A DNA stretch of 63,995 nt, counting the filler, from Lenisia limosa (taxonomy: Eukaryota > Protista > Breviatea), in NCBI GenBank assembly GCA_001655205.1. It is 12 parts of 12 records of this genome, joined end to end, with 100 filler letters (N's around TTAATTAATTAA, not from the genome) between each part and the next. Parts side by side here need not be neighbours in the genome. Positions count along the whole stretch, not along the records: positions 22,348 to 29,123 come from LPNZ01006815.1; positions 29,224 to 32,945 come from LPNZ01009568.1; positions 33,046 to 48,887 come from LPNZ01007487.1; 9 more parts are not named here. One strand, given 5' to 3'. The notes beneath the pieces are model-generated. The model was not told where the DNA came from, ran no database searches, and saw nothing but the letters and a program-made list of their open reading frames with translations. Below are positions 25,301-36,600 of this stretch, piece after piece (position 1 is the first letter of the stretch; the number at the start of each line of letters is the position of its first letter). A program made the translations under genes and the position numbers.

Positions 25301-28300
25301 GGCTTCACCTCGGTATAAAAAAGACTGGTAAAATATCAATAGTTTTCTACGATTTATCGAGAAATTCAATCTTTTTTCGAACAGAAGTGGAGCCCTATGA
25401 ATACGGCAGCATGAAGTCGGCGAGGGGTGGGGGNNNNNNNNNNNNNNNNNNNNNNNNNNNNNNNNNNNNNNNNNNNNNNNNNNNNNNNNNNNNNNNNNNN
25501 NNNNTTGTGGTTACAAGCTTGTGCGAGGGCAGAGGCGGCCAATTGTCCGATCCCGTCTCCTCCAAGAGATGACAAGCCAATACTTGCCAGCAAACCCATG
25601 ACTATGAAGGCCTTGGCTCGGAGAACATGTGAGAAGGACTGAAATCGTCAAACGTGTTACCCCCCTCATGGCTTTATTTCATCCTATGTCCACTTTTATA
25701 ACTCCTATCATTCTAATGTCCAAAATCACTCCTATTACTCTTTTCTCTTATATTCAGAATCACCCCTATCACACTCCATTTACGACATGATCATATGATC
25801 AATTTTCAAGTTGAAATGATGAATGCTGAAAGCGAGGGTTTACCCCTAGTATATCAACCTTTTTTATTTCTCATGTCTTATATCAGAGTACTATTGAGAC
25901 TTTTCAGGCCATATACAAAATATGTAGAGTATAAAATATAGAATGAGAAATAAAACAAGGCTGTATTTGGCCATATTGGAATATACAGAAAAATAATGAA
26001 AACTGTTCTTTTCGAGCCTTTTGGGACCCGAAGACAAGGCCTACCTGGTTGGCCATTGACGAAATGATTGTTGCAAATCCCTTTTCGGAGATCAGGATTT
26101 TGGCAAGTCGCGTGTCAGGCTGCGACAGAATCGTGGCAATGAGCCCGATGTAGCTCTGGACAATCTGCGGGGGGGGGGGGGGGGNNNNNNNNNNNNNNNN
26201 NNNNNNNNNNNNNNNNNNNNNNNNNNNNNNNNNNNNNNNNNNNNNNNNNNNNNNNNNNNNNNNNNNNNNNNNNNNNNNNNNNNNNNNNNNNNNNNNNNNN
26301 NNNNNNNNNNNNNNNNNNNNNNNNNNNNNNNNNNNNNNNNNNNCAACCGGACTGCTCCACTACGGTTTGCTGCGGATAATGTGTTAATAGTATTGCTGAT
26401 GATGATAATAACAGGTAATAAGTACTCATTGTTTTTATTACAGATGATAATAGGTACTGATTGTTTGTATTACAGATATATATGTATAAGTAGTACTTGT
26501 TTATATTACAGCTAATAAGTACCTCTTTATACTACAGATAATGGTATTGTTTTTATTGCAGACAATTAAGTAAAGAGAGAGAAGGACTTGTGTGTGAGAA
26601 GTAAAAAATGTGGGTGGAGATCATCATAAATGGACAACAACAAGACATGGATGTAGGCAACATACAGCGATAGGCTTGGGGAACAACTTGGCCAATCGGC
26701 AGAGTGCAATGGCAGCTACCTACACTGGTCAAACACTAAGGACGTTCAGTGTGGAATGCAACATTTCGTTTTAATAATAAAAGCCATAAACTATCAACTC
26801 CTACTAGCAGCTCCACATAAAAAGGGACCATTATGTTTATAAAAGGACATGCTGCCGAAAACATGCTTATCAAGACTGGCAAAGACGGACCTCTCTGTAT
26901 TCGTCCACTGAGGACTTCAAAGCCATGTGGTGTAGTGCCAAGGCTAAGTCACTGCTCACAAGCTGGGGGTGGGGGGTGGAGTAATATTTTTATTAAAAAA
27001 AAATATTGTGAATATACCGATGGTAAATTTCGATAGTTTACCGCTTTTTTTTACTTGCATGACTCCTACCTTTTTGAGGTGGTTCTTGGAGAGAGTGGCC
27101 GTCATGTTGGAAAGCCCTATAGAGACGATGGCTAGTTGCGGTTCGTTTGTGGTAGTGACGCTAAAAAGGCGGCATATGGCTGCTATTGTACTGTCTGGGA
27201 CCTGCGGGANNNNNNNNNNNNNNNNNNNNNNNNNNNNNNNNNNNNNNNNNNNNNNNNNNNNNNNNNNNNNNNNNNNNNNNNNNNNNNNNNNNNNNNNNNN
27301 NNNNNNNNNNNNNNNNNNNNNNNNNNNNNNNNNNNNCAAAGCTTGAAGACCCTCCCCCCACAGCCCAAGCCTCCTTGTCCGATTCGCCGGTTGCTGGCTG
27401 TGAGTAGCTGTAGTGAACAGCCTCGATGAGTGTTGCTGTTGCCCTTCTTCTCACCTAGGGGTGATAAATGAAAAATTTATGAGAAAAAAAAACCCAGAAT
27501 CAGCTCTTACACAGGTTAGAACAAAAAAAAAAAAAAAAAAANNNNNNNNNNNNNNNNNNNNNNNNNNNNNNNNNNNNNNNNNNNNNNNNNNNNNNNNNNN
27601 NNNNNNNNNNNNNNNNNNNNNNNNNNNNNNNNNNNNNNNNNNNNNNNNNNNNNNNNNNNNNNNNNNNNNNNNNNNNNNNNNNNNNNNNNNNNNNNNCATG
27701 TTCAGGGAGCTGAGGCCCAAGCTACATCTTGGTCAGCTGGGGAAATAATTAATGACCGCAAGGGCGGCTCTATCGGTTTAATTTAGGGCTTTCATTCAAA
27801 ATAATGCCTTTATCACATCCAAACCATCACAGATCTTGGAGTATAGTATTGATTCACCCCTGACAACTCCCCGCACACAGCTTTCTAAGTACCTCCCCAT
27901 TATATAACAATGAGAAATAAAAAAACAAGGATGTATCTGGCCGAAGCCGTTCACACCATCACGCTAATAGAGGTATTGGATTATAGTATGATATTAATTC
28001 ACCCAATCATTTGCCCGGTATACTAATATCATCATTATAATACTTTTCTACTGCCTGGACAAATAAGATAACTTGTAATATTAGTATTTATCAGTAATAT
28101 GGTCCCCCCCCCCACTAAGTCCGAGCTCGAAATGATAAGACCTAAGATGGTTGCTGCCTGTTAGGTGAGATCCAAAATGGCAAGGAGAAGGGGCTGTTTT
28201 ATGATGAGAAAGAACTTCAAAAGAAGTGCTTATCGGGATAAAGGGGCTTCAGAAGAAGCGGTTATGGGGATAAAATAAAAGGGCGTAAGACGGATAAAAA

Positions 28301-29050
28301 TGGGTAAGATGGATATATTGTTTCATTGAAAAGATTCCTCAAACCTGATTCTACATTGCTCAATGAATAACGAACAAGCCCAATAATCTCGCTGAGACCC
28401 CCCCTCCCATACCGAAGCCCTGGTAGCAGCTGACTTGTTCTTGCAGAGTCTGAGGAAGAACGAGGCTAAAGACGACCTTCCAATGTCCACTGCATTTGGA
28501 CCGTGGGTCACGCTTTGTTCCTGTGTTGGGTGGGGATAAGAGCGTCACTTTTGGTTCCAAAAAAGACTAAATTCTCGAAAAATCCTTCATAAATATCGAT
28601 ATTTTACAGGTGTCCCGAACCGAAAGTGAAGCTCAAGAATAAGGAAGCAAAATTAACCAAAAAAATAAAATTACGATGTATTTGTTCCAATAGATTGGAG
28701 AAAGTAAAAATGATCCATACAAGGAGAGGGCAATTTGAGAGCTATTTATTTCCAAAACAAAAGACCCACCAAATAGCCCAGAATGTCAGCCTTGTGTGTT
28801 GAGGGGTTTGAGAGCTCGTTTTGAATCAGGGTGAGGAAGACTATCAGCGAATCCTGAGCAGTAAAAAGTGACCCAATGCACCACGCGGGCGTTAACAAAA
28901 AATAACTACTAAATAAGGCAACTGCCAAACCCACATTGTCCTTGGCTGAAATATCTTCAGGAGCCTCAGGGTGAAATGCCAGTTTTTTTGGATCAAAACG
29001 GCCAAAACCTCCACCGTCATCCATAGCTCGTTTGACTGACACAATATCCT
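22348..29050 (-). CDS. ULK4: ULK4/RUNKEL-like kinase, C-terminal HEAT/ARM region (fragment; kinase domain not in the contig)
   Basis: Exons give VRRRATATLIEAVHY..KEAWA|VPDSTIAAICRLF, LVSSDLALALHHMALKSSVDEYRE|VAAIALCRLAKLFP..QTVVEQSG and SFSHVLRAKAFIVMGLL. These parallel recalled ULK4/RUK motifs (WAVP, ALCR, vlRaKA). Confidence 0.7.
27908..28015 (+). repeat. Representative copy of a ~110-bp interspersed repeat with core GTATCTGGCCGAAGCCGTCCACACCATCACGC (about 11 copies in the window)
   Basis: Copies at ~4268-4333(-), ~20040-20075(-), ~22585-22695, ~25940-25985, 27908-28015, ~31025-31110, ~35095-35185(-), ~45415-45450, ~46470-46505(-), ~55898-56000 and ~61105-61232. No terminal inverted repeats are evident. 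Confidence 0.85.
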
Positions 29051-29603
29051 AAAGGAATTATGAATAAAAAAAGGGAGGGGGGGGGTTGCAGTCAAGTCTC
29101 TATTGAAACTAAGATCATAGAGANNNNNNNNNNNNNNNNNNNNNNNNNNNNNNNNNNNNNNNNNNNNTTAATTAATTAANNNNNNNNNNNNNNNNNNNNN
29201 NNNNNNNNNNNNNNNNNNNNNNNAAAATGAAATAAATCCCGTTTAAATGGCCACCCCATCATTTGCATTGAAACTCCTTGCATGTATTGAATGATATGAT
29301 TTAGAATAATAAAACACGCTTTTGTATAGAACTGAGTCAATGTTCCCCTCTGTCCTTAATAACTCATATGACATTTATTTGGGCTGTCATATGTTGAGGT
29401 ACACACAGGACATGCGTCAAAATTTTCACATGAAAGAGAATCCAAATATACACAATATATAGCAGCAACACTGTATCCAAACTCACACTCTGTCAGTAAG
29501 ATGGATGAGGCAATATATTTTATTGTATGTTGAAATAGTCCAATTCACCATCCAATGGGTCAGAGTAATAATATCATGTTGAAAAGAGTATCCAAACCCA
29601 CAC

Positions 29604-29706
29604 TGTCCATAAGATGCATGATGGCATCCGCGGTGTGGCTGTGAACCGAAGCAGAGAAGTGAGTCAGGTGTTTGATCGCTTCATACGTCCACTGATCGTT
29701 AGGCAT
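29604..29706 (-). CDS. Putative first exon of an unidentified gene divergent from LMBRD1
   Basis: ATG-initiated MPNDQWTYEAIKHLTHFSASVHSHTADAIMHLMD ending at a GTGTGG donor, with GC-richer composition than its flanks. No family recognised. Confidence 0.4.
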
Positions 29707-30083
29707 CGTGGTGACAACGGAAGGCTCTTCGGAATATGATAGAAGGGCTCTTTGGTGAGGTGATTAGAAGGAGGATGGGGTGGTTATGACTTTAAGAAGA
29801 GGTATATACAAGGCAAAAGTTGGTCAGTCATTCCTCAAACATCAAATTCTCAAATTCATTTTTATTTTTGTGTGTTGTGTTAACTATTGAAGTGCAGTTG
29901 TGTTTGATATGGGTGTTTTTTTCGATCCAATTTTCTCAACTTACAAGGACCAACTTCCGGCCGTTACCCCAGTATAATTTTGTATTTAATATTTTTTCTG
30001 TTTTCAAAATTTCACAACAACATCAAGAAGAAGAAGAATAAGAGTCACATATTGAATTAGGAAAATCAAAAAAGAAGTTTAAA

Positions 30084-32945
30084 ATGGAGGAGCTTCTAGC
30101 TTATATCATTTTTATCTTGGTTTCGGCCGGCATTTCGTTCATTTGTTACGGTGTTGTGCACTACTACAACGACAAGCACGAAAGCGAGAAGCTGACAACA
30201 TGTGTTTGCGGAAACTACCCTATCCTGTCCTCCTTAACCCTTTTAGACCACTATTGCAGCTATGATTGCCGCTTTGGTCTGCTTGATGGTCATTCCTGTT
30301 GATATCTACAGTATCTCGCAAGTCAAGGACGATGATGGTTTGCTTTGGGTTGACGTTCTATTTTCGTTTTGTTGAAGGGGAAGGGCTAATTTGGTTACCT
30401 TGGGGCTTCTCTTAAGATGCCCTTCTTTGACAGAATAGTCTTAAAAGTTCAATAGTTCGTTGCTATGAAATCTGTGTCCTGATGGATCAACCTTCTTTAT
30501 GACTTCCTTTTTTGAGTGTTGTCTCCCAGAAAGGAAGAGGTTCTTGGCCACTGAGGGTTGGAAACCCAAAAATTCGACGACTTTTCTCATAAATCCCCCA
30601 AAATCAGTACAATTAGCCTCCTTTTAACCTTGTCCTGAGGCAAAGTCGTCCAACATTTCAAGTGCCAAGGAAGGCTTTAGTGAGGTGCATCTTTCTTCTT
30701 CCCTCTCATTTTAAAGACTTGATTCAATAATCTTTCTCTGATTGGTTTTGAGTGACAATCATAGCCATAATTAAGGATAGTTGAGACTGTTTAGTATCAT
30801 GTTTACATTAAGGGAGTATGACAAGGGCTCCATTTCGCTTCCATTAAAAACGAGTAGAGAATGATATTTTTCATCATATATGAGTAGGTCTTTTTTGATG
30901 AAGGGTCAGTTGAACAAAAACATTTTTAATTCTTATTGCTTCAAATTGTGGCATCATTTACCTTCGTTATTTTGTGAATCTTGTATCTTTGTACACTGTA
31001 GTTGTCTATCTATATATAGATGATATAGCAATGAGATTAAAAAATAAGGTTGTATCTGGCTGAAGCCGTCCGCACCATCACGTTTATAAGAGATATTGGA
31101 TTACAGTTATCTATAGTTTATCAAATTGATATTTTATCCAGCCAAAAGGACAGTGTTACAACAAATGAGATTGTTTTTTGAAATATAAATCGTGGGGGGT
31201 ATATGACAACATTGGGATTCTTAGAATTATACCGGTAAGAGAGGGGAAATTCACATCGAGGCTTCGGCTATAAACTCAATCAGCCTCAATCCCCCTACCC
31301 CAGATAATTTCCCCATTTTCACTTTTTATTTTATTTTTTTCGTTTCTAAGCTGAGCTTTGTTTCTTTTGTTGTTATCAACCCTTGTGTGTTGTCAGCCAA
31401 CAGAGTTTGTGTTTTTTTTTGTTTAAATTTTCTAATTTTACCCCCCCCCCCTCACCCCAGGTAAAACATTGATGAATGTTGACGATGTGGACGCCATGAG
31501 CTCGCGCGTCAAAACGCTGTACTACATCTTCTTTGTCATCATCTCGCTGTTCATCTTCATTGCCATCCCCTTTGCCTACTGCTTCTACGAGGCAATGGTG
31601 AGGGCATGGATCAGCAAATGGATTCTTTGGATCCCCGTTTTAGGATGATGATAATCAAAAATATTTTAAAAGATGTGTTATTTTAATAGGGCTCCGTGCA
31701 ATTAATTGGCTGACCATCGCAAATAATTGGCAATTAGTTGCAATTAGTTGCGTAATAAAGAGAAATAAACTTCTGGGCACAAGTATATTCTTCAGTATTT
31801 TTATTAAAATGAAAACGGTTAAAACCTTTGTATTTTTGAAAGCTTCCAACAACCACTCAATAATTAGCTTCATTTCAAATTAATGTGTTGTAGATAACAT
31901 GATTTTCGACAAGAGATTGCAATTAGTTTCTTCGAAAAAAAAAAAAAAAATTTTTTTCAAGGTGCACTTGTTATTTATAATAGTATCTGTAAGATGAACT
32001 GTAGTAGTCTCTTAACATACTTATGATATTACAGTTGGATACCTGTGTAGATTCTATTGTCCACGTCCCTCTTTCACTGAAATAAAACTACCATAAAATG
32101 TGCTCTGCATTTAAGATATCTTCAATCACTCTTTTAGGACGAAGACACTACCAATGGACAACGCGCGGCCTCGGCCTGTCACTACACCGTTTTCTTCGTT
32201 CTGGCTATGATCGCTTTCATGGTGGGTATCATGGTATATCGTACTAACATATGATATTTCTCATTTACATTTCCTTCGTTCTGGTTATGATCGCTTTCAT
32301 AGTGGCTATATATCGATATGTGATGGTACACTATCATATCTGAAATAAGAGGATGTGTTAGGCATATCATCGTTATACTATGAAAATGATAAGTCCTGAC
32401 TCAATATCTATGTCATGACTTGGGCTTCCTTGCGGTCCCAAAATATGACAGAATTTCGATAAGTCCCCGATAAATATCGATATTTTTGGATTATGCTTCT
32501 CTTACGTTTTGTGTTTTATGTTTGTTTGGAGTTTCAGATTATTAGATTCGTAATTAGTACCTTTTCACCAATATTCTTTTCCTTCGTTTACCCCCCCCCC
32601 CCCNNNNNNNNNNNNNNNNNNNNNNNNNNNNNNNNNNNNNNNNNNNNNNNNNNNNNNNNNNNNNNNNNNNNNNNNNNNNNNNNNNNNNNNNNNNNNNNNN
32701 NNNNNNNNNNNNNNNNNNNNNNNNNNNNNNNNNNNNNNNNNNNNNNNNNNNNNNNNNNNNNNNNNNNNNNNNNNNNNNNNNNNNNNNNNCAAGGACCAGT
32801 GGAAAGAAACAGTTTTCGATAATGAGCACAAGGGTTGGGGGGAGGGGTGTATGATGACCCGTGTTTTTCGAATCATCCTATTTTTATCCTCACAGGCGAC
32901 GCGAGTATCGGCCTCACCTTGGCCGTTCTCTCAACCGTCGGAATG
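30084..32945 (+). CDS. LMBRD1: LMBR1-family membrane protein, LMBRD1-like (lysosomal cobalamin transport escort), 3'-truncated
   Basis: Exons MEELLAYIIF..HYYNDKHESEKLTTC, MIAALVCLMVIPVDIYSIS, LYYIFFVIISLFIFIAIPFAYCFYEAM|DEDTT..AASACHYTVFF and GDASIGLTLAVLSTVGM match the LMBRD1 transmembrane pattern (LlPvDi, YY..l..f..iPF.Yf.yE..deD). Confidence 0.85.
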
Positions 32946-33634
32946 NNNNNNNNNNNNNNNNNNNNNNNNNNNNNNNNNNNNNNNNNNNNTTAATTAATTA
33001 ANNNNNNNNNNNNNNNNNNNNNNNNNNNNNNNNNNNNNNNNNNNNAAAAAAAAAAAAAAAAATACAAAAAAAAAACAAATACAAATGAACGCAAGTACTC
33101 AATGTCACAGATATATGACAAATTCACATCACACTGACTTGTTAAATTTTGAGCGTGATCTTAAGCAGAGATGCTGATGATATTAAAGGAAAGATAATAG
33201 GTTTGTTGCCTTTAAAAGGAATTGATGGACTTAGGGCCTCTCAATCAGGTAAACGTAGTTAGCCTAATCTTTTTATCGGATAATTATAGTAGAAATAATA
33301 TTGTTGTTTTTCATCTATCATAAAAGAGGCGGCTTGCCTGGGTTTGAAGAATCAGGACCCGCCGGCAAGGCTAATAATTTCCTCCATAATTATTATATTA
33401 TTATCGTGTTTTGAAGAAACTTCTTATCTTTTTTTTAGTTTGAGGAGAGAGGAGTGTCTGTGAAACAAAAAGTTCAAAGGTTCACTTGAACAGGGGGGGA
33501 AACGGGGCAAATGAGTACATTCCATAACCCAATCCACTTCTTTTGCAGTAATTTCAGTCTGTAAACTTATTTGTGACAACTTTTAGTGACTTAATACCAA
33601 GTATACCTTCTCTACACACAGCTTTTTCCAGATC

Positions 33635-36600
33635 ATGATGATTACCCGGATCATCGTATTGCTGACCTTGTGGCACCACTGTTGGGCCACTCCAATACAA
33701 CCAGGGTATGCTTAGGGTCTGTGGCGGTATGACAAGGATGGTGGGCAATGTTGTAGATGTGCTTTTAATTAAGCCGCCTTCCCCGATATTTGTCCGTCAC
33801 TGCATTTTGTTGTGTTGTGCAAACTTCGGTCCAAATATCGGCTCACCCCGATCAAAAGTGACTCAGTTGAATCCTTGGCTGAACATTTAGCAATGCGGAA
33901 TGCTGTGTCGAATCGCCATCAATGGTTGGTTTTTCATTTTGGACATTTGGGCGACTTTGAATTGAAGTACAAATTCAAAAATATATTATATATATCTATA
34001 TTGATCAATGCTTCATTTCAGATTTGAAACACGGGAAAATGTCCAAGAAAATCAGGGTGTATTCAAGATGATATCGAGATTGAATGGTTTAGCTCAAGGG
34101 GTTGCTCTTTTTGACCCATGACCGAGGATTCCGTGCACTCATTCTAGAAATAAATTGGCAATTTTTTGAAATATAATTTGTACAATAACAAACAAACAGT
34201 TACTGGAATTTTTACCAAATAAGTGATTTCAAATAACTGTCAATTACTTGCACAATTAGTTTGAGCTTATTTACAAAGGTCTACGTTATTTATCGCTTTG
34301 AATACGAAATATGCAAATCACTCTATATCTTGCCGCAGGTTGGACTGGACGCAATTTCGGCCTTCAAGCTCACCCCATGTACCGACTCCTCCCTCATCAT
34401 CCCCGGGTGCAAGTACCATATTTGTGGGGCGAATAATGGTTTAATTTTACACGATGAATCGTTGGTTAAAATTGCTCCAAAATGTTGGGATGCACCTGAC
34501 TTCCAAAACTAATTACTGTTCATATTGTAGAGAATCAAACAATTAAATTGAGGGATTTTTGCATATAACTTGGATTCAGAAAGTTGAAGCACAAGAAAAC
34601 CTCTTACTCCGTAGCACTGGAGGAGTACAGAGAGACCGAAGTGGCCTATAACTTCAATCTCGAAGTGGCTGATAGTAACACGTTCTCTTCAATCAGTGTG
34701 GCGTCACCTTCTTATTCGGTGGGATGGCATGTATGACGTGTAGTAAAGTCCCCCAAGGTTATCGAAGAATTTCCGTCAGTTGTTTTTGCCCTCTGCCTCA
34801 GTCTTTTCATCGATACTATGGTCACCCTGCAGTCCCCCGTGGCAAGTCTCAGCGCGGGCGTTCTGACGGTTACCAATCTCAATGAAAACGTCGACGGGAT
34901 TCTGGAAGTTTCTCTCAAGCAAGGTGACGTCAGCATATCTCTTGAGTAAGCCACTCTAGTAATGTGTCAAATTCTGGATAATGATGCAGCAATTATGAAT
35001 TTTACTAATCATTCCATAGTTTTTTTACCAGATCATAGCATTTAGCAAAATATGTTATACAGAGTTAGGCATATGACTGGGTGATTTACTTTATACTATA
35101 ATCTAATGTCCATTATAAGCGTGATGGTGTGGAAAGCTTCGGCGAGATACATCCTTGTTACATTTCTCATCTCTCTATAATATGTATCTATGATATTGTT
35201 CTCAAAGGTTCACTTTCAGTTCAAAATGACGTTAATTTTCTAAGGTTATCGAATTTTTTTGATAATTCAGTTGAAAGTTAAGCATATTCACTGTCTAGTG
35301 GCCCATCTAGGCCCAGCATGACTTATTCAGACTTTCGGTACGCAAATGTGCGTCGACGTGCGAGACCTGCTCTGACGACTCCTGTATCCAGTGCAAAAGC
35401 CCGAACTATTTATCCGGCACGACATGTCTCCCCTGCAGCGCCCAGAAGAGATCACAGGGATCTTTGATTAATGTCTGCGGCCCGTGTCTCAGCAACTTCT
35501 ACCATTTATCCGAGGGCAATCTCAACGCCAACTCTCTTTGTGCTGGTTGGAGGGGGGGGGTTCCTCTTGATGCATTGGAAAACATAGTTGCTTTTCTTCA
35601 TTAACGTTCGCTGGAGGGATGCGGTGCTGTAGAAGCGACTGNNNNNNNNNNNNNNNNNNNNNNNNNNNNNNNNNNNNNNNNNNNNNNNNNNNNNNNNNNN
35701 NNNNNNNNNNNNNNNNNNNNNNNNNNNNNNNNNNNNNNNNNNNNNNNNNNNNNNNNNNNNNNNNNNNNNNNNNNNNNNNNNNNNNNNNNNNNNNNNNNNN
35801 NNNNNNNNNNNNNNNNNNNNNNNNNNNNNNNATCCAAAACCTCCGACGCCATTTGTGGCTCTTGCGCCACTCAGAAGAGATCCGGCAAGGTCGGCGACAC
35901 CTGTCACACGTGTCTGTCAGGATACTACAGGCCAGGAGACGGCGGCGTTAGTTCCACTTCACAATGCTCGCGTGAGTGTGGCGGTTGTATCTTGGGCTCC
36001 CCTGTCATCCAAAAGACCGGTAAAATATCGATATTTATCGAAGAGTTATCGAGATATTCAGTCCTTTTGAGAATTGTAGGGAAGCCCTAGCTGTATAATG
36101 CTACTTCACCAAAATTAACAATATGTTCTCGGCTATAATCATCATATCATCTTAAAATTGCACAATCATATCATATGATATGTAATATGAAAGGCTTTTT
36201 GTTTTCTTGCAGTCACCCCCCTCCCACTCAGCCCACACGACTTGCGACTCATCCACACTGTTCACCTCCACCGCCGGCACCAAGACAGCCAACGCCGTCT
36301 GCGCTACGTGTGGGGCCAATTCCAGGGAGAACCAGGCTGGGGATACGTGTGGCCCATGCAAGGCTGGCTACTACAACTCGGCAAGTGGCAGCATGGCAGG
36401 CACGGCGAAGTGCTATGGTGGGCGGCCTCTATTTGGTCTTGGAATTCCTTCATGATTAGGGCTTCCTTACTATCCGAAAAAGACCAGGAAGTTATTGATA
36501 TTTATCGAGGATTTATCGAAAAATTCTGTCTCGCCCTATTCATTTTAAATACCCTCTTTTCAACTTTCTTCTGACTATACAGCCCACAGATCATGCACGC

